48,176 nucleotides of DNA, taken from a bacterium (lineage in GTDB: Bacteria > Patescibacteriota > Minisyncoccia > Phycocordibacterales > Phycocordibacteraceae). Made by a program: the position numbers and the translations under genes. Positions 16,627 to 25,930 of the stretch are shown in pieces (the first letter of the stretch is position 1; every line of letters begins with the position of its first letter). The notes below the pieces were generated by a model. The model had not been told where the DNA came from, made no database searches, and worked only from the letters and a program-made list of their open reading frames with translations. The DNA lies in contig OMJE01000021.1 in assembly GCA_900299275.1 (NCBI GenBank), positions 1 through 48,176 of the forward strand, in the 5' to 3' direction.

Positions 16627-18368
16627 GCACCTATCGATCAATACTTGCGCGCGCATTAATGATTGTACTCATTGCTGTGCTGCCATCGACCGTGCTTGTG
16701 TTTCCTCAGAGAGCACATGCGATTGTTGTTCCGGTTGCAGTTACCGAGGACCTTCCTACATGGGCTGAGACGACAATTACTGCGGTAAAATCAACGATCT
16801 CAGCTGTGGCAAACGTTACGTCGGCAGCAGCAACGTATGCAACCTACATCAAAGACTATGTTCTCGAACCGATAGCGTTTATCACGTCCGGCAACCTCAT
16901 ACGTTCACTTACGGCCGGCGTTATCGACTTTGTTAATGGAAAAACAAACAGCACGGGCCAGTCGCAATTTGTTCAGGACCTCCAAGGCAATCTAAAAAAG
17001 TTAAGCGATAACCAGGCAAGCGCGTTTTTGGTGCAATTCGGAAAACATAACAACTCCCCGTTCGCTGCTTCTATTGGCTCATCGCTCCGCAATAACTATT
17101 ACCAGGACACCAGCTTGGCGGGGTTCTTTGCAAAAAATCGAAATACGCTCCCTCAATTCTCTAGTGATCCTGAGGCGTTCTTGCGGGGAGATTGGTCTAA
17201 GGGGGGTGTGGGTGCTTGGATGGCTCTCACTACACGACCCGAAAATAATCCTTATCTGCTGCATCAGAGAGCACAGGAAGAGATGGCACTCATGATTGAG
17301 TCAAAAACGGCTGAACGACTGAACCAATTGTCGTGGGGCAGTGGCTTTATGTCTTGGTGCGGTGGTACGGCAGAAAAAGATGCGTGTAATGCAGACGGCA
17401 ATCCGGGCACACTGCAGGATAGTGGTCTTTGTTTACCTAATACTCAAAAAGATGCGCAGGGCAACAATGTTCCGGCGACGCCTGATCAGGCGGGGGATCC
17501 CTGCATTAAGAAAGATGGTACCCCCGGGAAGATTCAGACGCCGGGATCGGTTATTAAGTCCACGCTCGACAAAGCGCTCGGACTATCTGCAGATAAGATT
17601 GCACAAATGGGCAACACCGCAGCGCAAATAAATCAAATTCTTAGCAACATTTCGAGTGTTATGGACACCGTTAATTTTGCATCTGGCATTTTGGGTAGCG
17701 CGAGTGTGAGCGGTCTCACAGGTGGGCTTGCGGGTTCTAGTGATACGCGGCCAGACGGCATTTCGTACATGGACTCTTACAAGATTAATATGGGCGCGTT
17801 TGGCGTTACGCAAGACACCATCACGCATGATGCTGCCGGATCCCCGACGCTTAATGGCGAGCAGTATAGCGAAGGCCTCAATGATTATGAGACCTACTGG
17901 AAAAAGATAAAAGCACAGGCCGACAAAACAGCTGCGAATCTTGCGCTACTGAAGACCGATCTAGGTAATCGACAGTGTTTCAACAAAGAATACACACTCG
18001 ATGCCACTGCTATCGATAGGGCGGTGGCTTCCAGCGTAACTCCAGTCTTTGATGCGTATACGACGGCATCTACTACCATTGCTGATGGGAGGGCATTTTT
18101 ACAGCAGCTCAAAGCGAATGCTACGTCATCGGACCCGGCCAAGCGCGATCAATATGTGAACGATCTCCGTTCGCTGCAGACTCGGCCGCCGACGGCACGC
18201 AACGTGGCACAGGCAGAACAAGAGTCGCAAACTACAAGATTGGCAGTTCCGACGCCGGCGGACTCGTATGCGCTCGACGTATCAGATGGCACCGTGGTCG
18301 ACAGATTGCAGCTCTTGATACAAAACTCAGACAAGCTCAGGCAAGCATGCTTCCTACAACGACGCTAA
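16623..18368 (+). CDS. Hypothetical secreted protein, 581 aa (cluster gene 2)
   Basis: A signal-like N-terminus ends in AHA-IVVPV. There is a Cys-containing Gly/Asp-rich middle part and a helical C-terminus. The start overlaps the gene 1 stop (ATGA). Confidence 0.75.
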   Translation: MSTYRSILARALMIVLIAVLPSTVLVFPQRAHAIVVPVAVTEDLPTWAETTITAVKSTISAVANVTSAAATYATYIKDYVLEPIAFITSGNLIRSLTAGVIDFVNGKTNSTGQSQFVQDLQGNLKKLSDNQASAFLVQFGKHNNSPFAASIGSSLRNNYYQDTSLAGFFAKNRNTLPQFSSDPEAFLRGDWSKGGVGAWMALTTRPENNPYLLHQRAQEEMALMIESKTAERLNQLSWGSGFMSWCGGTAEKDACNADGNPGTLQDSGLCLPNTQKDAQGNNVPATPDQAGDPCIKKDGTPGKIQTPGSVIKSTLDKALGLSADKIAQMGNTAAQINQILSNISSVMDTVNFASGILGSASVSGLTGGLAGSSDTRPDGISYMDSYKINMGAFGVTQDTITHDAAGSPTLNGEQYSEGLNDYETYWKKIKAQADKTAANLALLKTDLGNRQCFNKEYTLDATAIDRAVASSVTPVFDAYTTASTTIADGRAFLQQLKANATSSDPAKRDQYVNDLRSLQTRPPTARNVAQAEQESQTTRLAVPTPADSYALDVSDGTVVDRLQLLIQNSDKLRQACFLQRR

Positions 18369-18369
18369 T

Positions 18370-20274
18370 ATGACATGGAAATCTAGAACTATTGCGTTGC
18401 TTAGCATCCTCTGCGTTGTGGCGTTTGCGATGCCAGTCGGTAGAGTGGCCTACGCCGCAGCGGACCCAAATACTCCTGCGGCGCCTACACCAGCGCCCAC
18501 AACGGCGTCCACTCCCGATGCCTCGGCTAAAATTGTCACTCCCGCAAATCAACCCAAGATGGAGGGCTTTCTGGCAACGATGGTGCAAGACATCGTCACA
18601 ATATTTGCCTGGATGCTCGGTACTTCCGCCATTGTGCTCGATAAGGTGGTGCTGTATACGGTTGTTAAAATGGGTGACTATGTGAACGGGCTGAGTGCGG
18701 TGGGCGTCGTGTGGCGCATCTTTCGTGATATTGGCAACATTGCGCTTATTTTCGGATTTCTTGCTATCGGTATCTCGATAATCCTCGACTCAGGGAAATT
18801 TGGGTATAACAAAAATATGCTCCCCATGCTGCTCATTGTGGCAGCAACATTAAACTTCTCGTTATTTGCCGCGGAGGCGACCGTTGATGTGGGTAATCTC
18901 TTTGCGACACAGATATATCAGCAAATTCGCGGAGGGCAGGCCGCGGGCACGGCCGATTCACAAGGTGTAATGGGTGAGGGAATTTCCAATCGTGTTATGG
19001 GCCAGCTTGGTTTGCAAACAATGTACAACAGTGCCATCGCAAATAAAGAACTATATAACGCCAATAGTTCGCTGATTGTTGGATTTTTTAGCATTATACT
19101 GTTCCTGACCGCGGCAACAATATTTTTTATGCTCGCGCTCATTCTGGTATTCCGTTTTGTGGTGCTCATTCTTGTGGTCATGACATCGCCGCTTGGTATT
19201 GCCGGGCTCGTAATACCAAAACTTGGGCCCACGGCCCAAAAGTGGTGGCACCATCTCATCAATCAAACTATCTCCGCGCCAGTGCTTTTGCTCATGCTTT
19301 ACGTGGCACTTGCGGTGATTACCGACGTCAATTTTCTCACCGGCTTCAATATTAAGGCACCTGATGGATGGTTGTATTCCTTTGGTGCAGATCCGGGAGC
19401 CACGGCTGGACTGATTCTTTCTTTTGCAGTGGCCATGGCACTTCTTGCCCAAGTCGCTGTTGTTGCTAAGGCGATGGGTGCAGCGGGTGCCGATCTTGCT
19501 CTGAGAGGTGGGCAAATGGCTTCCTTCGGGAGCATGGCGCGCCTTATCGGAGGTGCAACGAATCTCGGCGGCTATATAACTCGTAAAAGTCTCCAGGCGT
19601 CGGGCTACACGGGCCCTGGCTCGCGCCTGGCGATGCGCGGAGCCTTAGCTGCCCAGGGTGCGCGGGGGGACATTCGAAACATTCCTGGCGTGGGTGCGGG
19701 ACTAGCAGCGACGGGTCTGGGCGCGGCGGCAAAGCCTGTTAGCACCGGTGTGTACGTTGGTGGTACGGGTGTGCGAGAGGCCTGGAGCAAAGCGTCCAAA
19801 GAAAGAGGAAAGGCCTATGAAGCTCAGATGAGGGTCCCCTTGTTGTTAAACGCAACGAGCAGTACAGAACAGGCGCGGCTTTTGAACGCCATGACAGATG
19901 ATGAGCTCAAGAGCGCGGAAATCACAAACTACTTCGCCGCTAATCCTTCCAAGATCGCGCTGCTTACACCAAACAAGATCGGTGGTGTCGATCCAAAACT
20001 TTTTGCAACAAGCCCAGCGGTGGTTGAAGAAATGACAAACAATCAATTCAAAGCACTTAAAAACAAGGCAGGTGACTTTGATAGCGAGACAGCAACCGCG
20101 ATTGGTGCAAAACTCTCGAGTAGTAGAAGCTTCAATTCTATGTTTAGAACCGCGAACGGTGATCTTCAAAAAGAATTTACAGATGCTTTTAACCTAGCGG
20201 CCGCAGCTGTAAGCACATCTTCAGGCGCAGCGTATGACCCCGACAATCCACCTGCGGATATGGCGGTGCACTAA
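18370..20274 (+). CDS. Hypothetical polytopic membrane protein, 634 aa, TrbL/VirB6-like architecture (cluster gene 3)
   Basis: It has a signal peptide (AYA-AADP), a Pro/Thr linker, at least 6 hydrophobic helices and a soluble ~170-aa C-terminal domain. The start is 2 nt after the gene 2 stop. The VirB6 analogy rests on architecture only. Confidence 0.75.
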   Translation: MTWKSRTIALLSILCVVAFAMPVGRVAYAAADPNTPAAPTPAPTTASTPDASAKIVTPANQPKMEGFLATMVQDIVTIFAWMLGTSAIVLDKVVLYTVVKMGDYVNGLSAVGVVWRIFRDIGNIALIFGFLAIGISIILDSGKFGYNKNMLPMLLIVAATLNFSLFAAEATVDVGNLFATQIYQQIRGGQAAGTADSQGVMGEGISNRVMGQLGLQTMYNSAIANKELYNANSSLIVGFFSIILFLTAATIFFMLALILVFRFVVLILVVMTSPLGIAGLVIPKLGPTAQKWWHHLINQTISAPVLLLMLYVALAVITDVNFLTGFNIKAPDGWLYSFGADPGATAGLILSFAVAMALLAQVAVVAKAMGAAGADLALRGGQMASFGSMARLIGGATNLGGYITRKSLQASGYTGPGSRLAMRGALAAQGARGDIRNIPGVGAGLAATGLGAAAKPVSTGVYVGGTGVREAWSKASKERGKAYEAQMRVPLLLNATSSTEQARLLNAMTDDELKSAEITNYFAANPSKIALLTPNKIGGVDPKLFATSPAVVEEMTNNQFKALKNKAGDFDSETATAIGAKLSSSRSFNSMFRTANGDLQKEFTDAFNLAAAAVSTSSGAAYDPDNPPADMAVH

Positions 20275-20301
20275 AGAAGCTCTGCATTGTAAAATACAAT
20301 A

Positions 20302-21261
20302 ATGAAAACATTTTCTCCGCAGGAAGTTGATGTTGCGTACAGGTCCTTGCCTGCCTTCGTGCGTGAGTACATGGACGACAGCGAGCAGTACGTTGATATC
20401 TTGGTCGCCATCGGCGATCAGTACAAGATGCGTATTGATGTGCTGGGGGAATTTTCAGAACTTTTCCGGAATATGATGTACGGTCTCATTTCACCTCAAG
20501 AGCTGGTGCAAGGACTCGTCGAGCTGGGCATCGCAAATGCTGATGTGCAAAAAATCATCGCGGAAATAAATCAAAAAGTGCTGATACCGTTGCGAGAAAA
20601 ATTGCGGGCGGAAACCAAGACGCCTAGCGCTACGGCGGTTGTGAATCCGCAGGCGGCATCCGTGCGACCCCAAGTACCGCCTGCTGCTGCGCCGGTAAGG
20701 CCACAGCCTGCGCCTGCGCGACCGCCATCACCACCTGCTATGCCAAAGATGGTGACAAGCTATGCGCCACCACCACAGTCGCCACGCTATGTGCGTCCTG
20801 AGGTGGTCGTCGAAACAGTCTCCGCACCACTACCTCCAAAAACGATCATGCCGAATGCGCCAACACTGCCGCAACAACGGGATTCGACGCCTGTGCCACC
20901 TCCGCTCGCTCCCGCGCCATTCGAGCGACCAGATCTAAGCAGGGAGATGTCCGTGAGCGCGATGCCGAGTAGTCCACCACCACAATCGTTTGTATCACCA
21001 GAACCGCGCATGGCGGCCTCACCAGTGGCCATGCCTGCGGTTCCGCCGTCTGTGTCCTATCGTGAGCCGGTAGTGCCTGCATACATGCCACCAGCTCCAG
21101 CGCCCGCCATGCCAGAAATGAGTGCAACAATGCCTGCGCCTATGGCACCGCAGGTGCCACCATCGCCGATGCGCTCTTCTTCCACCATCCGCCCACCCGA
21201 GCCCACCATATCCCCCGCGGTGCCTGGCTCGCCCGATCCGTACCGCGAAGTGATAGAGTAA
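20302..21261 (+). CDS. Hypothetical protein with a ~105-aa N-domain and a ~210-aa proline-rich tail (cluster gene 4)
   Basis: No signal peptide. From residue ~110 onward the sequence is dominated by P, A, V, S and M (PPAAAPVRPQPAPARPPSPPAMP ...). Confidence 0.7.
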   Translation: MKTFSPQEVDVAYRSLPAFVREYMDDSEQYVDILVAIGDQYKMRIDVLGEFSELFRNMMYGLISPQELVQGLVELGIANADVQKIIAEINQKVLIPLREKLRAETKTPSATAVVNPQAASVRPQVPPAAAPVRPQPAPARPPSPPAMPKMVTSYAPPPQSPRYVRPEVVVETVSAPLPPKTIMPNAPTLPQQRDSTPVPPPLAPAPFERPDLSREMSVSAMPSSPPPQSFVSPEPRMAASPVAMPAVPPSVSYREPVVPAYMPPAPAPAMPEMSATMPAPMAPQVPPSPMRSSSTIRPPEPTISPAVPGSPDPYREVIE

Positions 21262-21275
21262 TCCGCCCACGGCAT

Positions 21276-21327
21276 TTGCATTTCGACGCGTATTCATTTA
21301 TATTGCTTTAGACCCTTTGAGGGGTCT
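21276..21327 (+). promoter_or_regulatory. str-operon promoter TTGCAT-N17-TATATT plus a 5'-proximal stem-loop
   Basis: The -35 is at 21276..21281 and the -10 at 21299..21304. A hairpin agaccc/gggtct (21310..21327) lies at the predicted 5' end of the transcript. Confidence 0.5.
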
Positions 21328-21339
21328 TCTTTTATCTAA

Positions 21340-21747
21340 ATGGCCACCATAAATCAGCTGAGCAAGAAGTCTCGCCGCAACACCACTCGCAAGAGTAAGG
21401 TTGTGGCTCTTACGCGCGGCTTCAATTCCCTCAAGAACCGCCCGACCTTCTATGCGTCGCCCTTCAAACGCGGCGTCTGCACCAAGGTGACCACAAAGAC
21501 CCCTCGCAAGCCAAACTCGGCTATTCGTAAGATCGCTCGCGTACGCCTTACCAACGGCATGGAAGTCACTGCGTACATCCCAGGTATGGGCCACAACCTC
21601 CAGGAGCACTCGGTGGTGTTGCTTCGTGGTGGCCGCGTGAAAGACATTGGTGTGCAGTACACGATCGTACGCGGCAAGCTCGATACGGCGGGTCTTGAAA
21701 AGCGCCGCCGCGGCCGTTCTCGCTACGGAGCAAAGAAGCCTAAATAA
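21340..21747 (+). CDS. rpsL: 30S ribosomal protein S12
   Basis: MATINQL ... KRGVCTKV ... KPNSAIRK ... RVRLTNG ... GHNLQEHS ... RGGRVKD matches S12. Confidence 0.96.
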   Translation: MATINQLSKKSRRNTTRKSKVVALTRGFNSLKNRPTFYASPFKRGVCTKVTTKTPRKPNSAIRKIARVRLTNGMEVTAYIPGMGHNLQEHSVVLLRGGRVKDIGVQYTIVRGKLDTAGLEKRRRGRSRYGAKKPK

Positions 21748-21759
21748 TAGACAATTACT

Positions 21760-22224
21760 ATGCGTCGACCCCTTAAAAAGAAGCGTACGTGGAATCCTGA
21801 TCTTAAATACGGATCGGAAACGCTGACTCGTTTCATAAATGCTGTCATGTGGAGCGGCAAGAAAGACACTGCTCGTGCCGTTGTGTACGATGCTTTTGAC
21901 AAGATCAAGGAGGGTGGGGCAGATCCGCTTGAAACTTTTGAAGCTGCAATTCGCAATGTCTCGCCTTTGATGGAAGTGCGTTCACGTCGTGTGGGTGGTG
22001 CAAACTACCAAGTGCCACGCGAAGTGCCGCAGAGCCGCCGTTTGGCACTCTCATTCCGCTGGCTTATCAATGCGGCCCGCTCTAAGAAGGGTCAGCCGAT
22101 GGCCGATAAGCTCGCTACCGAGCTTCTCCTTGCAGCAAAGAGCGAAGGTGATGCAATCAAGAAGCGCGATGAAATGCATCGCATGGCTGAAGCCAACAAG
22201 GCCTTCGCCCACTTCGCCTGGTAA
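21760..22224 (+). CDS. rpsG: 30S ribosomal protein S7
   Basis: LTRFINAVMWSGKK ... MEVRSRRVGGANYQVP ... MAEANKAFAHFAW matches S7. Confidence 0.96.
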   Translation: MRRPLKKKRTWNPDLKYGSETLTRFINAVMWSGKKDTARAVVYDAFDKIKEGGADPLETFEAAIRNVSPLMEVRSRRVGGANYQVPREVPQSRRLALSFRWLINAARSKKGQPMADKLATELLLAAKSEGDAIKKRDEMHRMAEANKAFAHFAW

Positions 22225-22230
22225 TAAAAA

Positions 22231-22260
22231 AGAAAAGCCCCCATCGGGGCTTTTCTTTTG
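22231..22260 (+). terminator. Intrinsic terminator after rpsG
   Basis: The stem aaaagcccc/ggggctttt has loop catc and is followed by a T-run. Confidence 0.75.
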
Positions 22261-22326
22261 TTGCATAATCCGCTATTGTATAGCCAACGCTTCGGCGCCT
22301 TATTTTTTATTTACTCATAACACATT

Positions 22327-24474
22327 ATGAAACGAGACTATCCGCTCGATAAAGTTCGAAACTTCGGCATCATTGCCCACATTGACGCGGGCAAGACGAC
22401 CACCAGCGAGCGCGTCCTCTACTACACCGGCAGCCAACACAAGATTGGCGAGGTGCATGAAGGTGAGACGACCACCGACTGGATGGAGCAGGAGCGTGAG
22501 CGCGGCATCACCATCACGGCAGCTGCCATCACCTGCTTCTGGAGCAAGACGAACGAGCCGGACAAGAAGGATGCGTCGAAGAAATATCGTTTCAATATCA
22601 TCGACACCCCAGGACACATCGACTTCACCGCCGAAGTGAAGCGCTCGATGCGTGTGCTCGACGGAGCCGTGGTGGTGTTCGACGGCGTGGCAGGCGTGGA
22701 GCCGCAGAGTGAGACGAATTGGCGCTATGCCGACGAGGCAAATGTGCCGCGTGTCTGTTTCATCAACAAGCTCGACCGCACCGGAGCTTCTTTTGAGGAT
22801 TCGTACGCCAGCATTCTCGATCGCCTTTCACTGAAAGCGATTCGCATGCAGATTCCGATCGGGCTCGAGAACGAACACGAGGGAATGGTGGATCTTCTGA
22901 GCATGAAGGCCTACACCTTCTCGGGAAAGATGGGTGATGATGTGATTGAAGGCGAGATTCCCGCAAATCTTTTAGAGGATGCAAAGAAGTACCGTGCTGC
23001 ACTCGTTGAGCGTATCGTTGAGCAGGATGATGAGGCGATGGCAGCCTACCTTGAAGGCAACGAGCCATCGTATGAGAAATTGAAGGCTATTTTGCGCAAG
23101 GCCGTGATTGCAAACGAAATCTTCCCGGTGTACTGCGGTAGTGCCCTCAAGAACAAGGGTGTACAGCTTGTGCTCGACGCTGTGGTTGACTACCTCCCGA
23201 GCCCGCTCGACTTGAAGCCAGTCACTGGTACTAATCCAAAGACGGGGGATCCTATCGAACGCCATGCAAGCGACGATGAGCCGTTTTGCGCACTGGCCTT
23301 TAAGCTTCAGACCGACCCGTTTGTGGGTGCTTTGACGTTCTTCCGTGTCTATTCGGGTTCGATTACGGCAGGTTCGTACATTTATAATTCGACGAATGGC
23401 AGCAAAGAGCGTGTGGGCCGTATCGTCCGCCTCCAGGCCGACAAGCGAGAAGAAGTAGAGCAAGTCTTTACCGGTGAGATCGCTGCGGCGGTAGGCCTTA
23501 AGGACACGAAGACCTCGCACACCCTTTGTGACGAGAATAATCCGATTATTCTCGAACAGATCAAGTTCCCCGAGCCAGTGGTTTCGCTCCGCATCGAGCC
23601 TAAGACAAAGGCCGACCAGGAGAAGATGGGCAATGCGCTCCACAAGCTCTCAGATGAAGATCCAACCTTCCGTGTTACCGGTGATGAAGAGACGGGCGAA
23701 ACGATCATCTCAGGTATGGGCGAGCTTCACCTCGAAATTCTCGTCGACCGCATGAAGCGTGAGTTTAATGTCGAGGCAAACGTTGGCAAGCCGCAGGTGG
23801 CCTACCGTGAGACAATCCTTGGCGCGTCAGATGCAGAAGGTAAGTACATCAAGCAGACTGGCGGTAAGGGTCAGTATGGTCACGTGAAGATCAAGATGAA
23901 GAAGCTTGAAGCGATTGACCCAGAGGCTAAGATTGCCAAGAACGTCACCCGCGAAGAACACTTCGAGTTCATTAACAATATTAAGGGCGGCGTGGTGCCG
24001 CAGGAGTACATCCCGGCGGTGGAGAAGGGTGTACGCGAAAGTATGACGCGTGGCTTCCTTGCCGGCTTCCCGATGGTGGATGTTTCAGTGGATCTCTATG
24101 ACGGTTCGTACCACGATGTGGACTCAAGCGAAATCGCCTTTAAGATCGCCGCCTCGATGGCCTTTAAGGAGGCAGCGTCGCGCGCCAAGCCAGCACTTCT
24201 CGAACCGATCATGAAGGTAGAAGTGGTGGTACCGGAAAAGTTCATGGGTGATATCACCGGCTCACTCTCGGGCAAGCGCGGTCAGATCGAAGGTATGGAA
24301 GAGCGCGGTATGAACAAGGCGATCCACGCCAAGGTGCCGCTCTCTGAAATGTTCGGCTACACCACGACCTTGCGCTCGATGACCGAAGGTCGCGGCAATA
24401 TGACAATGGAATTCGATCACTATGATGTCGTCCCGCAGAACGTGGCTGCAGACATCATCGCGAGCCGAAAGTAA
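22327..24474 (+). CDS. fusA: Elongation factor G
   Basis: [39 protein letters not shown] and NKLDR, with full five-domain length. Confidence 0.97.
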   Translation: MKRDYPLDKVRNFGIIAHIDAGKTTTSERVLYYTGSQHKIGEVHEGETTTDWMEQERERGITITAAAITCFWSKTNEPDKKDASKKYRFNIIDTPGHIDFTAEVKRSMRVLDGAVVVFDGVAGVEPQSETNWRYADEANVPRVCFINKLDRTGASFEDSYASILDRLSLKAIRMQIPIGLENEHEGMVDLLSMKAYTFSGKMGDDVIEGEIPANLLEDAKKYRAALVERIVEQDDEAMAAYLEGNEPSYEKLKAILRKAVIANEIFPVYCGSALKNKGVQLVLDAVVDYLPSPLDLKPVTGTNPKTGDPIERHASDDEPFCALAFKLQTDPFVGALTFFRVYSGSITAGSYIYNSTNGSKERVGRIVRLQADKREEVEQVFTGEIAAAVGLKDTKTSHTLCDENNPIILEQIKFPEPVVSLRIEPKTKADQEKMGNALHKLSDEDPTFRVTGDEETGETIISGMGELHLEILVDRMKREFNVEANVGKPQVAYRETILGASDAEGKYIKQTGGKGQYGHVKIKMKKLEAIDPEAKIAKNVTREEHFEFINNIKGGVVPQEYIPAVEKGVRESMTRGFLAGFPMVDVSVDLYDGSYHDVDSSEIAFKIAASMAFKEAASRAKPALLEPIMKVEVVVPEKFMGDITGSLSGKRGQIEGMEERGMNKAIHAKVPLSEMFGYTTTLRSMTEGRGNMTMEFDHYDVVPQNVAADIIASRK

Positions 24475-24496
24475 AAGAGTTTAAAAGAAAAGAAGA

Positions 24497-24528
24497 GAGT
24501 GCGGCGGGTCTTACGACCTGCCGCGCTC
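24497..24528 (+). terminator. 14-bp hairpin after fusA (weak U-tract)
   Basis: gagtgcggcgggtc-ttac-gacctgccgcgctc, with two G-U pairs. It abuts the tuf -35 hexamer. Confidence 0.5.
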
Positions 24529-24557
24529 TTGCATTACCTCGAGTGCTTGCGTATAGT
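24529..24557 (+). promoter_or_regulatory. tuf promoter TTGCAT-N17-TATAGT
   Basis: The -35 is at 24529..24534 and the -10 at 24552..24557. This implies a leader of about 160 nt. Confidence 0.55.
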
Positions 24558-24683
24558 AAATCTAACGCATCTTGGCGTCGCTCTTTGGCTTGTCTAAAAC
24601 GCTCCCGCCCACCTTTGGCGGAGCGGGGTGTAAATCGGCAGGCCTTAGGGTTTGGTCCGATTCACCCGTCTCAAAAGACAGGC

Positions 24684-24722
24684 ATCGGATAATTATTATT
24701 GTTTACAAGTAACTTATCCGAT
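24684..24722 (+). promoter_or_regulatory. 9-bp stem (atcggataa / ttatccgat) ending 1 nt before the tuf ATG
   Basis: Read directly from the sequence. The 3' arm occupies the position where a ribosome-binding region would be. Confidence 0.35.
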
Positions 24723-24723
24723 T

Positions 24724-25923
24724 ATGGCAGAATTCAATCGTGCAAAGCCGCACATGAACGTCGGTACTATCGGTCACGTTGACCACGGTAAGACCACGCT
24801 CACGGCCGGTATTCTTCACGTGCTTTCGATGCTTTCTGGCGAGGGCTATGCTGCTCGCGTCGAGAACGTCGACAATATTGACAGCGCTCCTGAGGAGAAG
24901 GCACGCGGTATCACTATCGCGCTTCACCACTCTGAGTACGAGACGCCAAACCGTCACTACGCTCACATCGACGCCCCAGGTCACGCTGACTACATTAAGA
25001 ACATGATCACTGGTGCCGCCCAGATGGACGGCGCAGTACTCGTGGTTGCAGCAACTGACGGCGTGATGCCTCAGACGCGCGAGCACATCCTTCTTGCAAA
25101 GCAGGTGGGTCTTAAGAAGCTCATCGTCTTCTTGAACAAGGTGGACATGGTGGCAGAAGCAGATCTCATCGACCTCGTTGAGGAAGAGATCCGCGAGCTC
25201 CTCACGAAGCAGGGATACGACGGTGCAAATACGCCGATCCTCCGCGGTTCTGGTCTTAAGGCCCTCGAATCGAAGGAAGTTTCTGATGAGTGGGCACAGA
25301 AGGTGAAGGCCCTCGTTGATACGATGGACTCCTACTTCGATATGCCTGAGCGCGAAGTGAACAAGCCGTTCCTTATGCCGATCGAAGACATCTTCTCAAT
25401 TGAAGGTCGCGGTACCGTAGTTACGGGCCGTATCGAGCGCGGCGAGATTAAGGTCGGTGAGGAAGTCGAGATCGTTGGTATCAAGGATACGACGAAGACG
25501 ACCGTCACTGGTATCGAAATGTTCAACAAGCAGCTTCAGAGCGGCCAGGCCGGCGACAATGCAGGTATTCTTCTCCGTGGTACGAAGAAAGAAGACGTGC
25601 ACCGCGGTCAGGTGCTTGCAAAGACGGGTTCGGTAACACCGCACACCGACTTCGAAGCTGAGGTGTACATCCTCGGTAAAGATGAAGGTGGCCGTCACAC
25701 GCCGTTCTTCACGGGCTACAAGCCGCAGTTCTACATCCGCACCACGGACGTTACCGGTGAGGTGACGCTTCCGGAAGGCAAGGAAATGGTGATGCCTGGC
25801 GACACGGTGACCTTCAAGGTCAAGCTCGTGGCACCGGTAGCACTTGAGCAGGAACAGCGCTTTGCTATTCGCGAAGGTGGTAAGACCGTAGGTGCAGGCG
25901 TGGTCACTAAGATCACTGCCTAA
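24724..25923 (+). CDS. tuf: Elongation factor Tu
   Basis: [42 protein letters not shown] and NKVD. The start was trimmed to MAEFNR; the track ORF begins at an upstream TTG. Confidence 0.97.
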   Translation: MAEFNRAKPHMNVGTIGHVDHGKTTLTAGILHVLSMLSGEGYAARVENVDNIDSAPEEKARGITIALHHSEYETPNRHYAHIDAPGHADYIKNMITGAAQMDGAVLVVAATDGVMPQTREHILLAKQVGLKKLIVFLNKVDMVAEADLIDLVEEEIRELLTKQGYDGANTPILRGSGLKALESKEVSDEWAQKVKALVDTMDSYFDMPEREVNKPFLMPIEDIFSIEGRGTVVTGRIERGEIKVGEEVEIVGIKDTTKTTVTGIEMFNKQLQSGQAGDNAGILLRGTKKEDVHRGQVLAKTGSVTPHTDFEAEVYILGKDEGGRHTPFFTGYKPQFYIRTTDVTGEVTLPEGKEMVMPGDTVTFKVKLVAPVALEQEQRFAIREGGKTVGAGVVTKITA

Positions 25924-25930
25924 TACTAAA

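Noticed and set aside
20787-21297. Cluster of minus-strand ORFs opposite the proline-rich tail (and similar plus- and minus-strand ORFs at 7605..8109)
   Set aside because: CCN/GCN-rich coding sequence is stop-free in several frames. The sense-frame protein is continuous with a well-formed N-domain, so the alternatives are artefacts.
22261-22284. TTGCAT ... TATAGC upstream of fusA as a fourth canonical promoter
   Set aside because: The spacer is only 12 nt, outside the functional 16-18 nt range. I mention it in a finding but do not list it as a promoter feature.
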